DNA from: Phycisphaerae bacterium
GTDB taxonomy: Bacteria > Planctomycetota > Phycisphaerae > UBA1845
Assembly: GCA_963666835.2 (NCBI GenBank)
Contig: CAXXGO010000006.1
Location: 576,001 to 640,000 of the forward strand
Direction of reading: 5' to 3'
Length of the DNA: 64,000 bases
The translations under genes were made by a program, and so were the position numbers. Below, in pieces: positions 30,701 to 39,064 of this stretch. The notes below the pieces were generated by a model that saw nothing but the letters and a program-made list of their open reading frames with translations, searched no databases and was not told the origin of the DNA. Every line of letters starts with the position of its first letter. The first letter of the stretch is position 1.

Positions 30701-30890
30701 AGTTAACGTAAACGATCTAATGGCCGCGATTCAGAAGTTCCAGGCCCTTCCCACCGCCCCGCATTCATCCTGGGTCGACGTAGACGGCGAGACGCCGAAT
30801 CAAGTCGTCAATATGACCGACGTCCAACAGATTCTGAACGGGTACAAAGGCAGTCCGTATCCGTTCAGCGCCCCGGCCGACTGCCCGTAG
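27762..30890 (+). CDS. Secreted divergent C25-like peptidase with inserted beta-sandwich domains, a dockerin-like pair and shared C-terminal domain
   Basis: AGGAG RBS and signal peptide. GVIFIGD, PSDLFYMDLDG, PEIYVAR, CAHS (His), LFAC (Cys) and LNGDPTL. Insert motifs GSDDGIKVWLNG and GYDEGARVWLNG. GDLDRDGDVD..GDSDSDGDVD pair. Confidence 0.8.
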   Translation: MVQWVAWVVIGLATAASVTGADPESVAEVTTRSPDALVTAKAELRGIERTGRVRQDPRDIPRLKWTSPHGELPGTYAEYLRRHPLETARYLPERTMPAAPPARGVEPVILSILVDADLQPLISVALDEYVADLSAEGYTVRVGSVSGGTPAEIKGWVAGQHATGSDGVIFIGDITAAWAEVSESVFPSDLFYMDLDGLWADEDGDGDFEVHEAGAGDEGPEIYVARMYAHTLDYDTEANMVSAYLAKAHAYRTGTLTQPWRGLEYVDEDWYSMSVDLEQVYGGDVARYDLGFSTTAADYLEKMDIGQHFVQVCAHSYSGGHHFGQRPTEAAAYAHVYVHSPTARAAKLLVGSDDGIKVWLNGANVLTEDVYQGWIADQFDVDVTLDEGWNSLLCKVSQAGGSYGFSARVTDPAYSSFSDLTYQVNDPTVFVSQEQFIRGWLLNGFHEDISDNFWSYLTTNYLGTDEDRINPTAGDVMGGQTWTLYTTDSGYVNMDPGDELSFGASYAFTRVYAVEATSCQLWLGYDEGARVWLNGAVVLTDNRYGDFELDLAKIDVNLTAGENRLLIKVSEWVGPHGLAAQFRQADGGAVAGLTYDPDPPPISFIADWLINGPYGNVDDATRLSQDYLGDEATVTPSEGDPAAFEVWNRLFATGAPVDLVAPLERDGGWVTSADIQQQDPPVLFYNLFACGPGRFTDDNYLAGSYIFNTTYGLITIASSKSGSMLNFADFTAPLGEGKTIGTAFLEWFDAQAPFDLWEREWYYGMVLNGDPTLRPVKAGDLDRDGDVDADDFDSFVMCFTGTGGGPIAPECAPGDSDSDGDVDCDDWTQFELSWTEAGAPPTLAVCDVAAPLPAPAPHDGPKNRYVSFAPAAGENLAFRVELTQSALFPDSTGPVGWVGAPDAEGLALLISEPYYTDSWPAVVHAGGCAVTPAATYRIRATDGVGESDPLDVATAAAPTPKHWADCVGEFVGSWGPPNGLVNVNDLMAAIQKFQALPTAPHSSWVDVDGETPNQVVNMTDVQQILNGYKGSPYPFSAPADCP

Positions 30891-30899
30891 CCGCTTCGA

Positions 30900-31340
30900 A
30901 GGGCACGGTCGCCCCATATAGCACAGGCGTCCGCACTATGTGACGCAGGCATCCGCAGTATGTAACGCAGGCATCCTGCCTGCAATATGACAGATAACGC
31001 TCGCAGCGCAGGTAGGGCAGCGTTGGCGGGCGTAGGGCACGGTCGAGGCACGAGACCTGCCACGATGGCCGGCACTTCACGGATTAATCGCTCGCCCTCG
31101 GCATGGACGGGTGGCCCATCGCTTTAGCGGTGGGGGACTCGATCCGCTACAAAGGCCTGCGTCACGCGAAGATCACGGCAGGTCTCGTTCCTCGACCTGC
31201 CCTACAAGCCGGGTGTGACCCGGTCAAACCTTCTCTCTCCATGGCCACGCAAGCGTGGACCATGACCTCCGGCACCTCCTCCCTAATCCTCAGCATGGCT
31301 TCCCCCCTTACCAAGGGGGGATTGAGGGGGGTCTTGTTGA
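30900..31340. repeat. REP-like palindrome cluster, left part
   Basis: GTAGGGCA(C)GGTCGAGGNACGAGACCTGCC copies at 31032-31061 (+) and 31177-31205 (-). Also tandem gtaacgcaggcatcc units, cccatcgctttagcggtggg and cccccttaccaagggggg. Confidence 0.75.
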
Positions 31341-31867
31341 GAAGGGGGGCTCCGATAGAGCTGATTCGCGGTCCCATCACGGTATGATTGACGCTTCGGA
31401 CTTTCCGGAACGGCTCCGAGGCCATCTACGCTTGTCACGACGCCGTTTCCGCATTTCGGGCATCGTCCGCTCGTGTTTCCGGTCAGATCGTATCCGCATT
31501 CTCTGCAATGACCGGGCAGGACGCGACCGTAGTAGCGCCGAACGAGCATGGCACCCGCCGCCCCAGCCACGACCAGCGGCCAAAGAGGCAACAACACCAT
31601 AAACCCATTGCTGGCGTTCCGACCTATGTACGGCAGTAGCAGGTAGTCACTCTCCGCCGGCTTCACCACGGACCCAGGAGGCCAATGAGACGGAAAGGGG
31701 GCGAGGTGCAAACCTAGGCCGCCGCCAGCCACCATGAACCCGCCTTGTGCGCCGAAGTAACCAACCTCGTAGACAAGACCGGCCAAAAGCGGCACGAGAG
31801 CGAGGAGACATACCACCAGTCCGGCAGCGATGAGACGTTGGCGTCTTGCCTGGCGGGTCCTGATCAT
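31283..31867 (-). CDS. Small membrane protein with a C-terminal CxxCGYDLxG...CPxCG zinc ribbon
   Basis: Hydrophobic segments, LPLWPL, then GHCRECGYDLTGNTSGRCPKCG. Start set at ATG 31867 because the upstream ORF extension lies in repeat DNA. Confidence 0.7.
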   Translation of the reverse strand: MIRTRQARRQRLIAAGLVVCLLALVPLLAGLVYEVGYFGAQGGFMVAGGGLGLHLAPFPSHWPPGSVVKPAESDYLLLPYIGRNASNGFMVLLPLWPLVVAGAAGAMLVRRYYGRVLPGHCRECGYDLTGNTSGRCPKCGNGVVTSVDGLGAVPESPKRQSYRDGTANQLYRSPPSQQDPPQSPLGKGGSHAED

Positions 31868-31897
31868 TCCAATATCGATCGCCAACGGAGAAGTCTT

Positions 31898-32072
31898 GTA
31901 GGGCAGGTCGAGGTACGAGACCTGCCGCAGTCTTCGCACGACACGCGCCTTCGTGGCAGGTCTCGTTCCTCGACCGTGCCCTACGAACCCCGTAACGCGG
32001 GCATCCTGCCTGCAGCCATTGCGGCAGGTCTCGTTCCTCGACCTGCCCTACACCCGCCGATGTTGCTCTGCT
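31898..32072. repeat. REP-like palindrome cluster, right part
   Basis: The same ~29-bp unit occurs at 31898-31926 (+), 31955-31984 (-) and 32023-32051 (-), with gtaacgcgggcatcctgcctgca at 31992-32014. Confidence 0.8.
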
Positions 32073-33187
32073 TAAGCCGACGCCGTCTTGGGAAAAGCCC
32101 GGAACGTCGGCCAGGCCTCACCATCCAGCTCGGACCAGAAGACCTGCCCGCTGGTCATGGCTAAGCCGATCTGAGGATCCTTCGAGTGCGCCGCCCATCC
32201 GCAGAACATGTCTTTCAAAGATGCTCCGTGCCGAACGGCCGCAGCGGTTAGCGCCGGGTCAGTGCAGGGCCCGGCAATCATGGTCAGCCCTTCGCCCGCG
32301 GCATGCCTGAACAGAGAGCCCAGCGCCGCCGCCCAGAGCGTCGGACGACAGGCCAGCTCCAGCAGCGTCACCGCCCCCTCGGGTGAAACCTGGCCGATTG
32401 CCCAACCGATTGCCCCGTTCTCGTCATCAACAACCGCAACAGCCCACGGCCGGACCCGGGCCGGCGAGTCGTGCATCATGTCCCAAAGCCACTGGGTATG
32501 ATCCGCATCGTAATGCGAAGAGAGCGGAAAGAACTCGCGGGCGGCAAGCCGTAACCGATGCCATTCCGCGGAATCGGTAATCGGACGGCACGCAATTCTC
32601 CGAGAGTGGTCTTCGCTGTCGGCAACCCCGCTGCGGCCGAGCAGTCGCTTCAAACGGCCCCGTAGCCGGGAGACTCTCGTTTCGTCCGAATGAAGGGACT
32701 TTCGCCATTTCAGCCCGCCGAATGGCGGATGCCAGAAGCCGAGCTTCCGGAGCACGGCCGCGGAAGCCTGATTGGCTGAGGTTGTTAACGTCACGGTGTG
32801 GGAACCGTCGGTCAGGGCTGTAGCCAGGCGCTGGGCAATCCCCTGGCGGCGGGCGGAAGGGTGTACCATTAGTTGCCCGACTGCCACGGCGGATACCGTT
32901 CGTCCCTCGAAAGAGAATCGCCGAGGGTGACCGCCGAAGAACCCGAGCACTTGGCCATCGTCATCCACACACACGCGTGACAAAGCGGGCTTGTCCGAGA
33001 CCCAGGGATCGGAGAAGAACAGCCGATCCATGTAATCGCAAAGCTGTTCATGCGGCGGCCGGTCGTCGCCCAGCAGCAGGCTGTTGTGTAGTTGAGCAAT
33101 CTGCCCAATGTCCGCCCGTCGAAGCGGGCGTATCGCCGGGGCGGAAGCTGTTGCGGAAATCGGGTTTCCGGTTGCGAGTACCGTCAC
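32072..33187 (-). CDS. GNAT-family N-acyltransferase (tandem-GNAT length)
   Basis: IRPLRRAD start of the fold, acetyl-CoA motif LMVHPSARRQGIA and ANQASAAVLRKLGF. Start reassigned to in-frame GTG 33187 with a GGAG RBS. Confidence 0.8.
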   Translation of the reverse strand: MTVLATGNPISATASAPAIRPLRRADIGQIAQLHNSLLLGDDRPPHEQLCDYMDRLFFSDPWVSDKPALSRVCVDDDGQVLGFFGGHPRRFSFEGRTVSAVAVGQLMVHPSARRQGIAQRLATALTDGSHTVTLTTSANQASAAVLRKLGFWHPPFGGLKWRKSLHSDETRVSRLRGRLKRLLGRSGVADSEDHSRRIACRPITDSAEWHRLRLAAREFFPLSSHYDADHTQWLWDMMHDSPARVRPWAVAVVDDENGAIGWAIGQVSPEGAVTLLELACRPTLWAAALGSLFRHAAGEGLTMIAGPCTDPALTAAAVRHGASLKDMFCGWAAHSKDPQIGLAMTSGQVFWSELDGEAWPTFRAFPKTASA

Positions 33188-33239
33188 GTTCGTGTCTCCG
33201 ACCGCAGGACGTCGCAGTCCGTCGTACGGGTCCGTCTCT

Positions 33240-34238
33240 TCACAGCCCAAGCCCCCCGGCGATAAGATGTTCTTCCAGTTGGTTCGCCCCGACTCCATCA
33301 CAGATGATCCGGCGCACATCGAGTCCGGCCATGGTCGCCGAGTTGATCCCTCCATAGGCGGTGACAAATTCGTGTCTCGTATTCGCCGCGGCGGCCAGCG
33401 TATCGAAGTTCCAGTCCGTCGGCTTACCAAAGGGCAGCGCGAAGAGGCGTCGGTAGTTCGAGAACCCGGCCAGCAAGGCCTCGTTCTGTTCGATCTGAAG
33501 GCGTTGCTCCTCCGCGGGTATCTGCGAGAACCGCGGGTGGTCGAAACTGTGGTTGCCGAGTTCAACCAGCTTATTCCGCGAGAGTCCGGTCAGACGCGTT
33601 TCGTCGAAATACCGGGTGTTGGGACCGTCCATTTCCAACATGAGTTCGGCGAGATGTTGCCGCTTGGCCACAACCTCCGGGCCGGCCTGCCGCCGCAGGT
33701 ATGTCGAGTATGAGGCACCTGGACACGGACCGAAAGCCGCATGCAGAACGTCCGTTCTTCCCGCGGACTCCAGAGAGACAACGTCGTCGAACCAGTATCG
33801 CCCGCCGTTCAGGAAAGCGCCGTTTACGAAGAACGTGCAGGGGATGGCGAGCCTCTCCAGGATCGGAAGAGCATGCTCCAGGGTCGCCAGGAATCCGTCG
33901 TCAAAAGCCACAGCTACGCTGGTGCGGCGTAGCTCACCGGCCTGCCAACAGGCGATTCCGTCGGCGAGCGAAACGGTTTCGTAATGCTCCTTGACCCAGC
34001 GCATGTGACAATCGAAATCGCGCGGGCTGGTCGCCACGCCCATCGCGGACATATAGGTCGGTGGTTCGGGATCCACCGCATGGTAAGTAAGCACGATGAG
34101 AGCGGGCCTGCGATCGAGGACGGAACGCGCCAGGCGCCGGCGCATGATGGCGCGGACCAGCGGCTTACATCCGAGCAGGCTTTCGGTGATCCGCAGAGAT
34201 CGCAAGACGGTGCTCCCAGCAACTTGTACCGCCCTCAT
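33240..34238 (-). CDS. Polysaccharide deacetylase (CE4/NodB) family protein
   Basis: VLTYHAV, VAFDDGF, TFFVN, LGNHSFDHP and FALPFG motifs. ATGA overlap with the upstream gene. Confidence 0.9.
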   Translation of the reverse strand: MRAVQVAGSTVLRSLRITESLLGCKPLVRAIMRRRLARSVLDRRPALIVLTYHAVDPEPPTYMSAMGVATSPRDFDCHMRWVKEHYETVSLADGIACWQAGELRRTSVAVAFDDGFLATLEHALPILERLAIPCTFFVNGAFLNGGRYWFDDVVSLESAGRTDVLHAAFGPCPGASYSTYLRRQAGPEVVAKRQHLAELMLEMDGPNTRYFDETRLTGLSRNKLVELGNHSFDHPRFSQIPAEEQRLQIEQNEALLAGFSNYRRLFALPFGKPTDWNFDTLAAAANTRHEFVTAYGGINSATMAGLDVRRIICDGVGANQLEEHLIAGGLGL

Positions 34239-35965
34239 TCCCCCCTTGCTAAGGGGGAGAGGCCTTTGAACGACTTCTCCGGCTGCAGAACGAGATCACG
34301 CTTCTCCCCCGTCCCCAGAAGCAACAACAACTCTGAGCCTTTTTCGGCGCGCGCGGAATTCAAGGCGATTGTCCGATCTTCGAAGCGACTTACTCCCGCT
34401 TGCGGGGTTGTGTTCTGCCAGGCGTCCAGGTCGCGCCGCGGCAGGCCGACACCGTAGTCCCAGAAATGTACCCCGCCTTCCAACTGCCGAGGAGAGGCAA
34501 TCAAACACCCTTGCGTCGGAGCCGGCAACGGCCTGTGCCGCGACGTAATACTGACACACGCCTGACGCCACCAATCGGGAGCGTCTGCATCGACGGCCAC
34601 CCGCAGCCGGTTCCGCAGATCTTGCGGGAACAGCACGCGATAACGCAGGTACACCGATGCCGGCACGAAGATCTCGTAATCCCCATCCAACTCTGCCGAC
34701 GCGATAAGACGCTGAAGGGCAACGCCGACCCGCGAAGTCGGCCGGTCACGAAAACCGTTAACCGTGCCTCCGTCCGCGAACGACAGCCACACCAGCAGGC
34801 CCAGGACTACCGGCCAGGCGCGCTGCAGTCTACCCGGGCCGATCATCCGCGTAATCAGTCGACACCCTACCAGACCCAGGCACAGCGCGAACGGTATGCA
34901 CGTCACCAGAATGTGGCGACCATCGAACGGCGTGAACGGGTGCCAGCCGTTGTGATGCGTGACCGGCACCAGTGCAATCACCGCGTAAGCCCCTATCGCC
35001 CAAGCCGCCATCGCCCGCCCTCGGCCGTCGAGAAAGAACGCCACGATCGCGGTCGGGAAGAACAGCACGGCCACACGCCCCCATCCGGAAATGCCGGGGT
35101 GAAACAGCATCGTCATCCGGTCCCAGGCTAAGCCGAGGTACGTTGAAGCTCGGTAGTACCCGGTTTTCGGGAAGTAGTGGTCCTCCGCCTGTGCGCTTTG
35201 CAGGGCGTGCAGCTTGAACCAGAAGTCGTCGCCGAACCGCAAGTAGAACAGTCCATCAACCAGGCAGTATGCCGCCAGCCCCAAACCGACTGCGGCTAGC
35301 ATGCCCATTCGCCGACGGAGCTGCCAACCGTGGGGCAGCCAGATGATCCAGATGATCGGGATCACCGCCATCCCCGCGAAGATTTTGGCCGAGGACCCCA
35401 ACCCGACGGCGAACCCGCAGCCGATTGCCAGCAGCCAGGCGCGACGCGGGTGAACCGCTCGCACGGCCCATGCGACCAGCAACACCCCCACGGCGGCCCA
35501 CAAACACGTATGCACGTCGGGATATGCTGCGGTGGACATCACCCGGAAGTAAGGGAGAAATGCCACCACTCCGGCAGCTAAGAGCCCTTCGGCCCAACCC
35601 CACAGCAGCCGCCCAAGGATCACCACCGCCCCCACGCACGACAATGCCGCCAACACCGTTGGCAACGCTACCATCGAGGGGCTGTCGCCGAACAAAGCGA
35701 TGGACGCGGCCACCGGCACGACGAGCGCCATCCGCGCGAAATGATGATGGACGCGATGGAAGGTCTCACCGGCCAGCACGTATTCCGCGGCCGAGTGGTA
35801 GTAGGCGTCGTCCGAGCCGAGCCACCCGGTCGGATCGATCAGCAGCGCCGCCAGCATCACGGCCAGCAGGGCTGTGAACCACACAATTGCCCAGACGGGC
35901 CACTTCTTCGAGGTGGCGGTTTTCAGGGCATCACTGCTGGTTTCAAGTGCTTGAGACGACGCCAT
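34235..35965 (-). CDS. ArnT/PMT-like (GT39/GT83) integral-membrane glycosyltransferase
   Basis: An N-terminal TM followed by SDDAYY, many TM helices, and YPD, SAK and GRH motifs typical of GT-C enzymes. Confidence 0.8.
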   Translation of the reverse strand: MASSQALETSSDALKTATSKKWPVWAIVWFTALLAVMLAALLIDPTGWLGSDDAYYHSAAEYVLAGETFHRVHHHFARMALVVPVAASIALFGDSPSMVALPTVLAALSCVGAVVILGRLLWGWAEGLLAAGVVAFLPYFRVMSTAAYPDVHTCLWAAVGVLLVAWAVRAVHPRRAWLLAIGCGFAVGLGSSAKIFAGMAVIPIIWIIWLPHGWQLRRRMGMLAAVGLGLAAYCLVDGLFYLRFGDDFWFKLHALQSAQAEDHYFPKTGYYRASTYLGLAWDRMTMLFHPGISGWGRVAVLFFPTAIVAFFLDGRGRAMAAWAIGAYAVIALVPVTHHNGWHPFTPFDGRHILVTCIPFALCLGLVGCRLITRMIGPGRLQRAWPVVLGLLVWLSFADGGTVNGFRDRPTSRVGVALQRLIASAELDGDYEIFVPASVYLRYRVLFPQDLRNRLRVAVDADAPDWWRQACVSITSRHRPLPAPTQGCLIASPRQLEGGVHFWDYGVGLPRRDLDAWQNTTPQAGVSRFEDRTIALNSARAEKGSELLLLLGTGEKRDLVLQPEKSFKGLSPLARGE

Positions 35966-36295
35966 TTCGGGAATTCCCTGTGGTCAACCAACGCCGGAGC
36001 CTCACCATCCGCTGCCGGCGCAGGCTCCGATAATATTGTCGGCGGATCCGGAGCGTCGCTGAACCTGCCCGGATACGGTCCACGCCGCGACGTCGCAGAG
36101 ACGCGGCTTCTTTTTCGGCGAGAGGTGTCAAGCCGGCTCCTTTTTCAGGCTGAAAGCCTGCAAGATAGTAGACGGCTGCAGTTGATGGATCAGTCGAATG
36201 ATGTGTAGAACAACGAGGGGTGTGGCGCGAGGGCGGAACGTCAGAACACTGGACGTGAGGAGAGGAGGGACGGTCAATCCGCCGGTACCGGAAAC

Positions 36296-36340
36296 GAATC
36301 CCACCCGCCGAGCGTTTCGCGCGTCCGGCGGGTGGGATTC
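36296..36340 (-). terminator. Hairpin downstream of the DUF1579-like gene, possible terminator
   Basis: Perfect 15-bp stem gaatcccacccgccg/cggcgggtgggattc about 50 nt after the stop codon. Confidence 0.55.
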
Positions 36341-36391
36341 TCCCGTATCTTCAGTCGACTCGGTAGTTTCCCTAGAGTCGCTCGCCAACAG

Positions 36392-37009
36392 CTACGCCGC
36401 GCGGGACTCGTGTCGTGAGGAGTCAATCTCGAGGAACATGAACTGCGGAGATCCAGGAGTGATATCGTAGACCTTGAGGTTCGCCGCGCCTTTCTTGTCC
36501 AAGATCGTCATGACGATCTTGATCTCGCGCATCTTCGAGGCAATCGTGTCGTAATACTCTCCAAACAGGCTGATGGCCCCGGTGGCTTCGTCGATCGTGC
36601 CCCGGCAAACGAGAATGCGAGTGCTCAGCGTGTCCATCCACACGATCACATACTCTTGGGCGCCGGAATCGTAGCCCATGGCCCCGCGTCCTTCGAACTC
36701 GAAATCGAGCCACTTCCCACTGGCGGTCACCTCGACAAACGTGCTTCCCAGCGGGCGATCCGCCTCGCATCGGGCGGTTGCGGTGCGGGGCTCGCTGTCC
36801 GGGGCGGCCGACCATTTGATCGCCTGATCGTATTTGCCTTTGATCGTCTTGAACACCTTGTGCATGTCGGTCGGTGCGGCGGCCCTCCTCAAGGCTTCGA
36901 CCAGTTGCCGGTCGGTCATTCCCGGGCCTTCAGCCTTCGACGAAACCGCTACGCCGCTAAGCAGCACAGCTACGAACATCGACCCGCATATCAGTACGTT
37001 TCGCTTCAT
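36392..37009 (-). CDS. Exported DUF1579-like protein
   Basis: Signal peptide and the AAPTDMH..GKY, FEGRGAMGYD..YVIVWMDTLS pattern. Confidence 0.7.
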   Translation of the reverse strand: MKRNVLICGSMFVAVLLSGVAVSSKAEGPGMTDRQLVEALRRAAAPTDMHKVFKTIKGKYDQAIKWSAAPDSEPRTATARCEADRPLGSTFVEVTASGKWLDFEFEGRGAMGYDSGAQEYVIVWMDTLSTRILVCRGTIDEATGAISLFGEYYDTIASKMREIKIVMTILDKKGAANLKVYDITPGSPQFMFLEIDSSRHESRAA

Positions 37010-37191
37010 GGTCCCAACCCTTTCAATTCAAGATGGATTGCCCTGGCGGTTGGCGGCCGACGCCCCGCCGGCCACGCAGCTTCGTGCTATTGTGAACGAC
37101 CATCGCCGACTTGGCAACGCGCGGACTCGGGCAACGAGGCTCCGAGGCTTCGTAGGTACGGCATCATTGTCAACGGGCCGCCATGGTTCGG

Positions 37192-38862
37192 TCAGCAGCC
37201 GGGGATATTAACACCACGCTCCTTGGCGATTTCGCGGGCTTTCTCGTAGCCGGCGTCGGCGTGACGGAACAGCCCGGTAGCCGGATCGGCGGTGAGGACC
37301 CGCTCCAATCGGGCGGCTGCTTCCGGAGTTCCGTCAGCCACGATAACCTGCCCGGCGTGGATGGAATATCCGATACCCACGCCGCCGCCGTGATGAACCG
37401 ATACCCAGGTCGCCCCGCAGGACGCGTTAGTTAAAGCGTTGAGGATCGGCCAGTCGGCAATAGCGTCGGATCCGTCCTTCATCCCTTCGGTTTCCCGGTT
37501 CGGGGAGGCGACGCTCCCGCAATCGAGATGATCGCGTCCGATGACGATCGGCGCGGAAATCTCACCCTTGGCGACCAGCTCGTTGAAGATGAGTCCCATC
37601 TTGCTCCGTTCCCCGTACCCCAACCAGCAAATTCGCGAGGGCAACCCCTGAAAGGCGACCTGTTCACCGGCCATGCGAATCCACCGGCACAAGTGCTCGT
37701 TCTCGGGGAAGGTGTCGAGGATGGCGCGATCGGTACGAGTGATGTCCGCCGGATCGCCGGAGAGGGCCGCCCACCGGAAAGGCCCTTGCCCTTCGCAGAA
37801 CAACGGCCTGATGAACAGGGGCACGAACCCCTTGAAATCAAAAGCGTTTTCTACTCCGACCAGCTTGGCCTGCCCGCGGATATTGTTGCCGTAGTCGAAC
37901 GTCACCGCTCCGCGTCGTTGCATCTCGAGCATAGCCTTAACGTGCTCGCCCATACTACGCATCGACTCGGTAATATACCGGTCCGGGTCGCTCTCTCGAA
38001 GCCGCAGAGCTTCATCATAGCTCATACCGTTGGGCACGTATCCGTTGAGCGCATCGTGCGCTGAAGTCTGGTCGGTTAATAAGTCGGGGATAACATCGCG
38101 CTTGATGAGTTCCGGCAGAACGTCGGCACAGTTGCCAAGCAGGCCGACGGACCGCGGCTCTTTTCGTTCTAACGCCTCGTTAACCCACTTGAGAGCTTCG
38201 TCAAGGCTCGCCGTCCAGCGATCACAGTATTTCGTGTCAATGCGTCGTTGAATGCGCGCCTCGTCGACCTCAATGCACAAACACACTCCCTCGTTCATCG
38301 TACATGCCAGGGTCTGGGCACCGCCCATCCCTCCGAGCCCCCCGGTGACGACCAGGCGTCCGCGGAGCGAGCCGCCGAAGTGCTCGCGGGCCGCCGCTCC
38401 GAACGTCTCGTAAGTGCCCTGCAGAATCCCCTGCGTGCCGATGTAGATCCAGCTCCCCGCGGTCATCTGCCCGTACATCGTCAGACCCAACGCTTCCAAC
38501 CTGCGGAACTCGTCCCACGTAGCCCAGTGCGGAACCAGTAGGGAGTTGGCAATAATGACCCGTGGCGCGTCGGGGTGAGTCTTGACCACGCCCACCGCGC
38601 GCCCCGATTGAACCAACAGAGTCTCGTTGTTCTCCAGGTCCTTTAGCGCCGCTACGATGCGGTCGTAGTCCGCCCAACTGCGGGCGGCACGGCCACTACC
38701 ACCATAGATAATCAGCTCGGCCGGGTTCTCCGCGACATCCGGGTCGAGGTTGTTCATGAGCATGCGCATGGCGGCTTCCTGCTGCCAACCTTTGCACGTC
38801 AGCTCGGTTCCACGCGGCGCTCGGACGGTCCGAACGTTCTCACCCTTCGAAGCTGCCATCAT
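37192..38862 (-). CDS. hutU: Urocanate hydratase
   Basis: [69 protein letters not shown] and HHGGGVG motifs. Confidence 0.97.
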   Translation of the reverse strand: MMAASKGENVRTVRAPRGTELTCKGWQQEAAMRMLMNNLDPDVAENPAELIIYGGSGRAARSWADYDRIVAALKDLENNETLLVQSGRAVGVVKTHPDAPRVIIANSLLVPHWATWDEFRRLEALGLTMYGQMTAGSWIYIGTQGILQGTYETFGAAAREHFGGSLRGRLVVTGGLGGMGGAQTLACTMNEGVCLCIEVDEARIQRRIDTKYCDRWTASLDEALKWVNEALERKEPRSVGLLGNCADVLPELIKRDVIPDLLTDQTSAHDALNGYVPNGMSYDEALRLRESDPDRYITESMRSMGEHVKAMLEMQRRGAVTFDYGNNIRGQAKLVGVENAFDFKGFVPLFIRPLFCEGQGPFRWAALSGDPADITRTDRAILDTFPENEHLCRWIRMAGEQVAFQGLPSRICWLGYGERSKMGLIFNELVAKGEISAPIVIGRDHLDCGSVASPNRETEGMKDGSDAIADWPILNALTNASCGATWVSVHHGGGVGIGYSIHAGQVIVADGTPEAAARLERVLTADPATGLFRHADAGYEKAREIAKERGVNIPGC

Positions 38863-39064
38863 TACTAGTTCCCCATAGCCTGGTTTGGCACGAAACAACT
38901 ACGTACGAGCATCAGCCGCCGCCGCAGCCGATTAGTCCGGCATTATATGACTGCCTCGCCGCCGGCCGCAAGACACCTCGAACCGGCCCGGCAAGGGCGC
39001 AAAGGCAGCATCAGCGCATGTGGGGCAGTACTGAGGCACGTGACCTGCCGCGGACCCGCGGCGC

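Noticed and set aside
30900..32072. The ~29-bp repeats considered as a CRISPR array
   Set aside because: The copies alternate in orientation with irregular spacing and there are no cas genes. A REP-like interpretation fits better.
33188..33565. N-terminal extension of the GNAT ORF overlapping the deacetylase gene
   Set aside because: An in-frame GTG with a GGAG RBS at 33187 removes the overlap.
36128..36394. Open frame continuing in-frame after the TAG of the DUF1579-like gene, suggesting possible readthrough or pyrrolysine
   Set aside because: The upstream domain is already complete, the extension crosses a terminator-like hairpin and looks non-protein-like, and no recoding machinery is visible.
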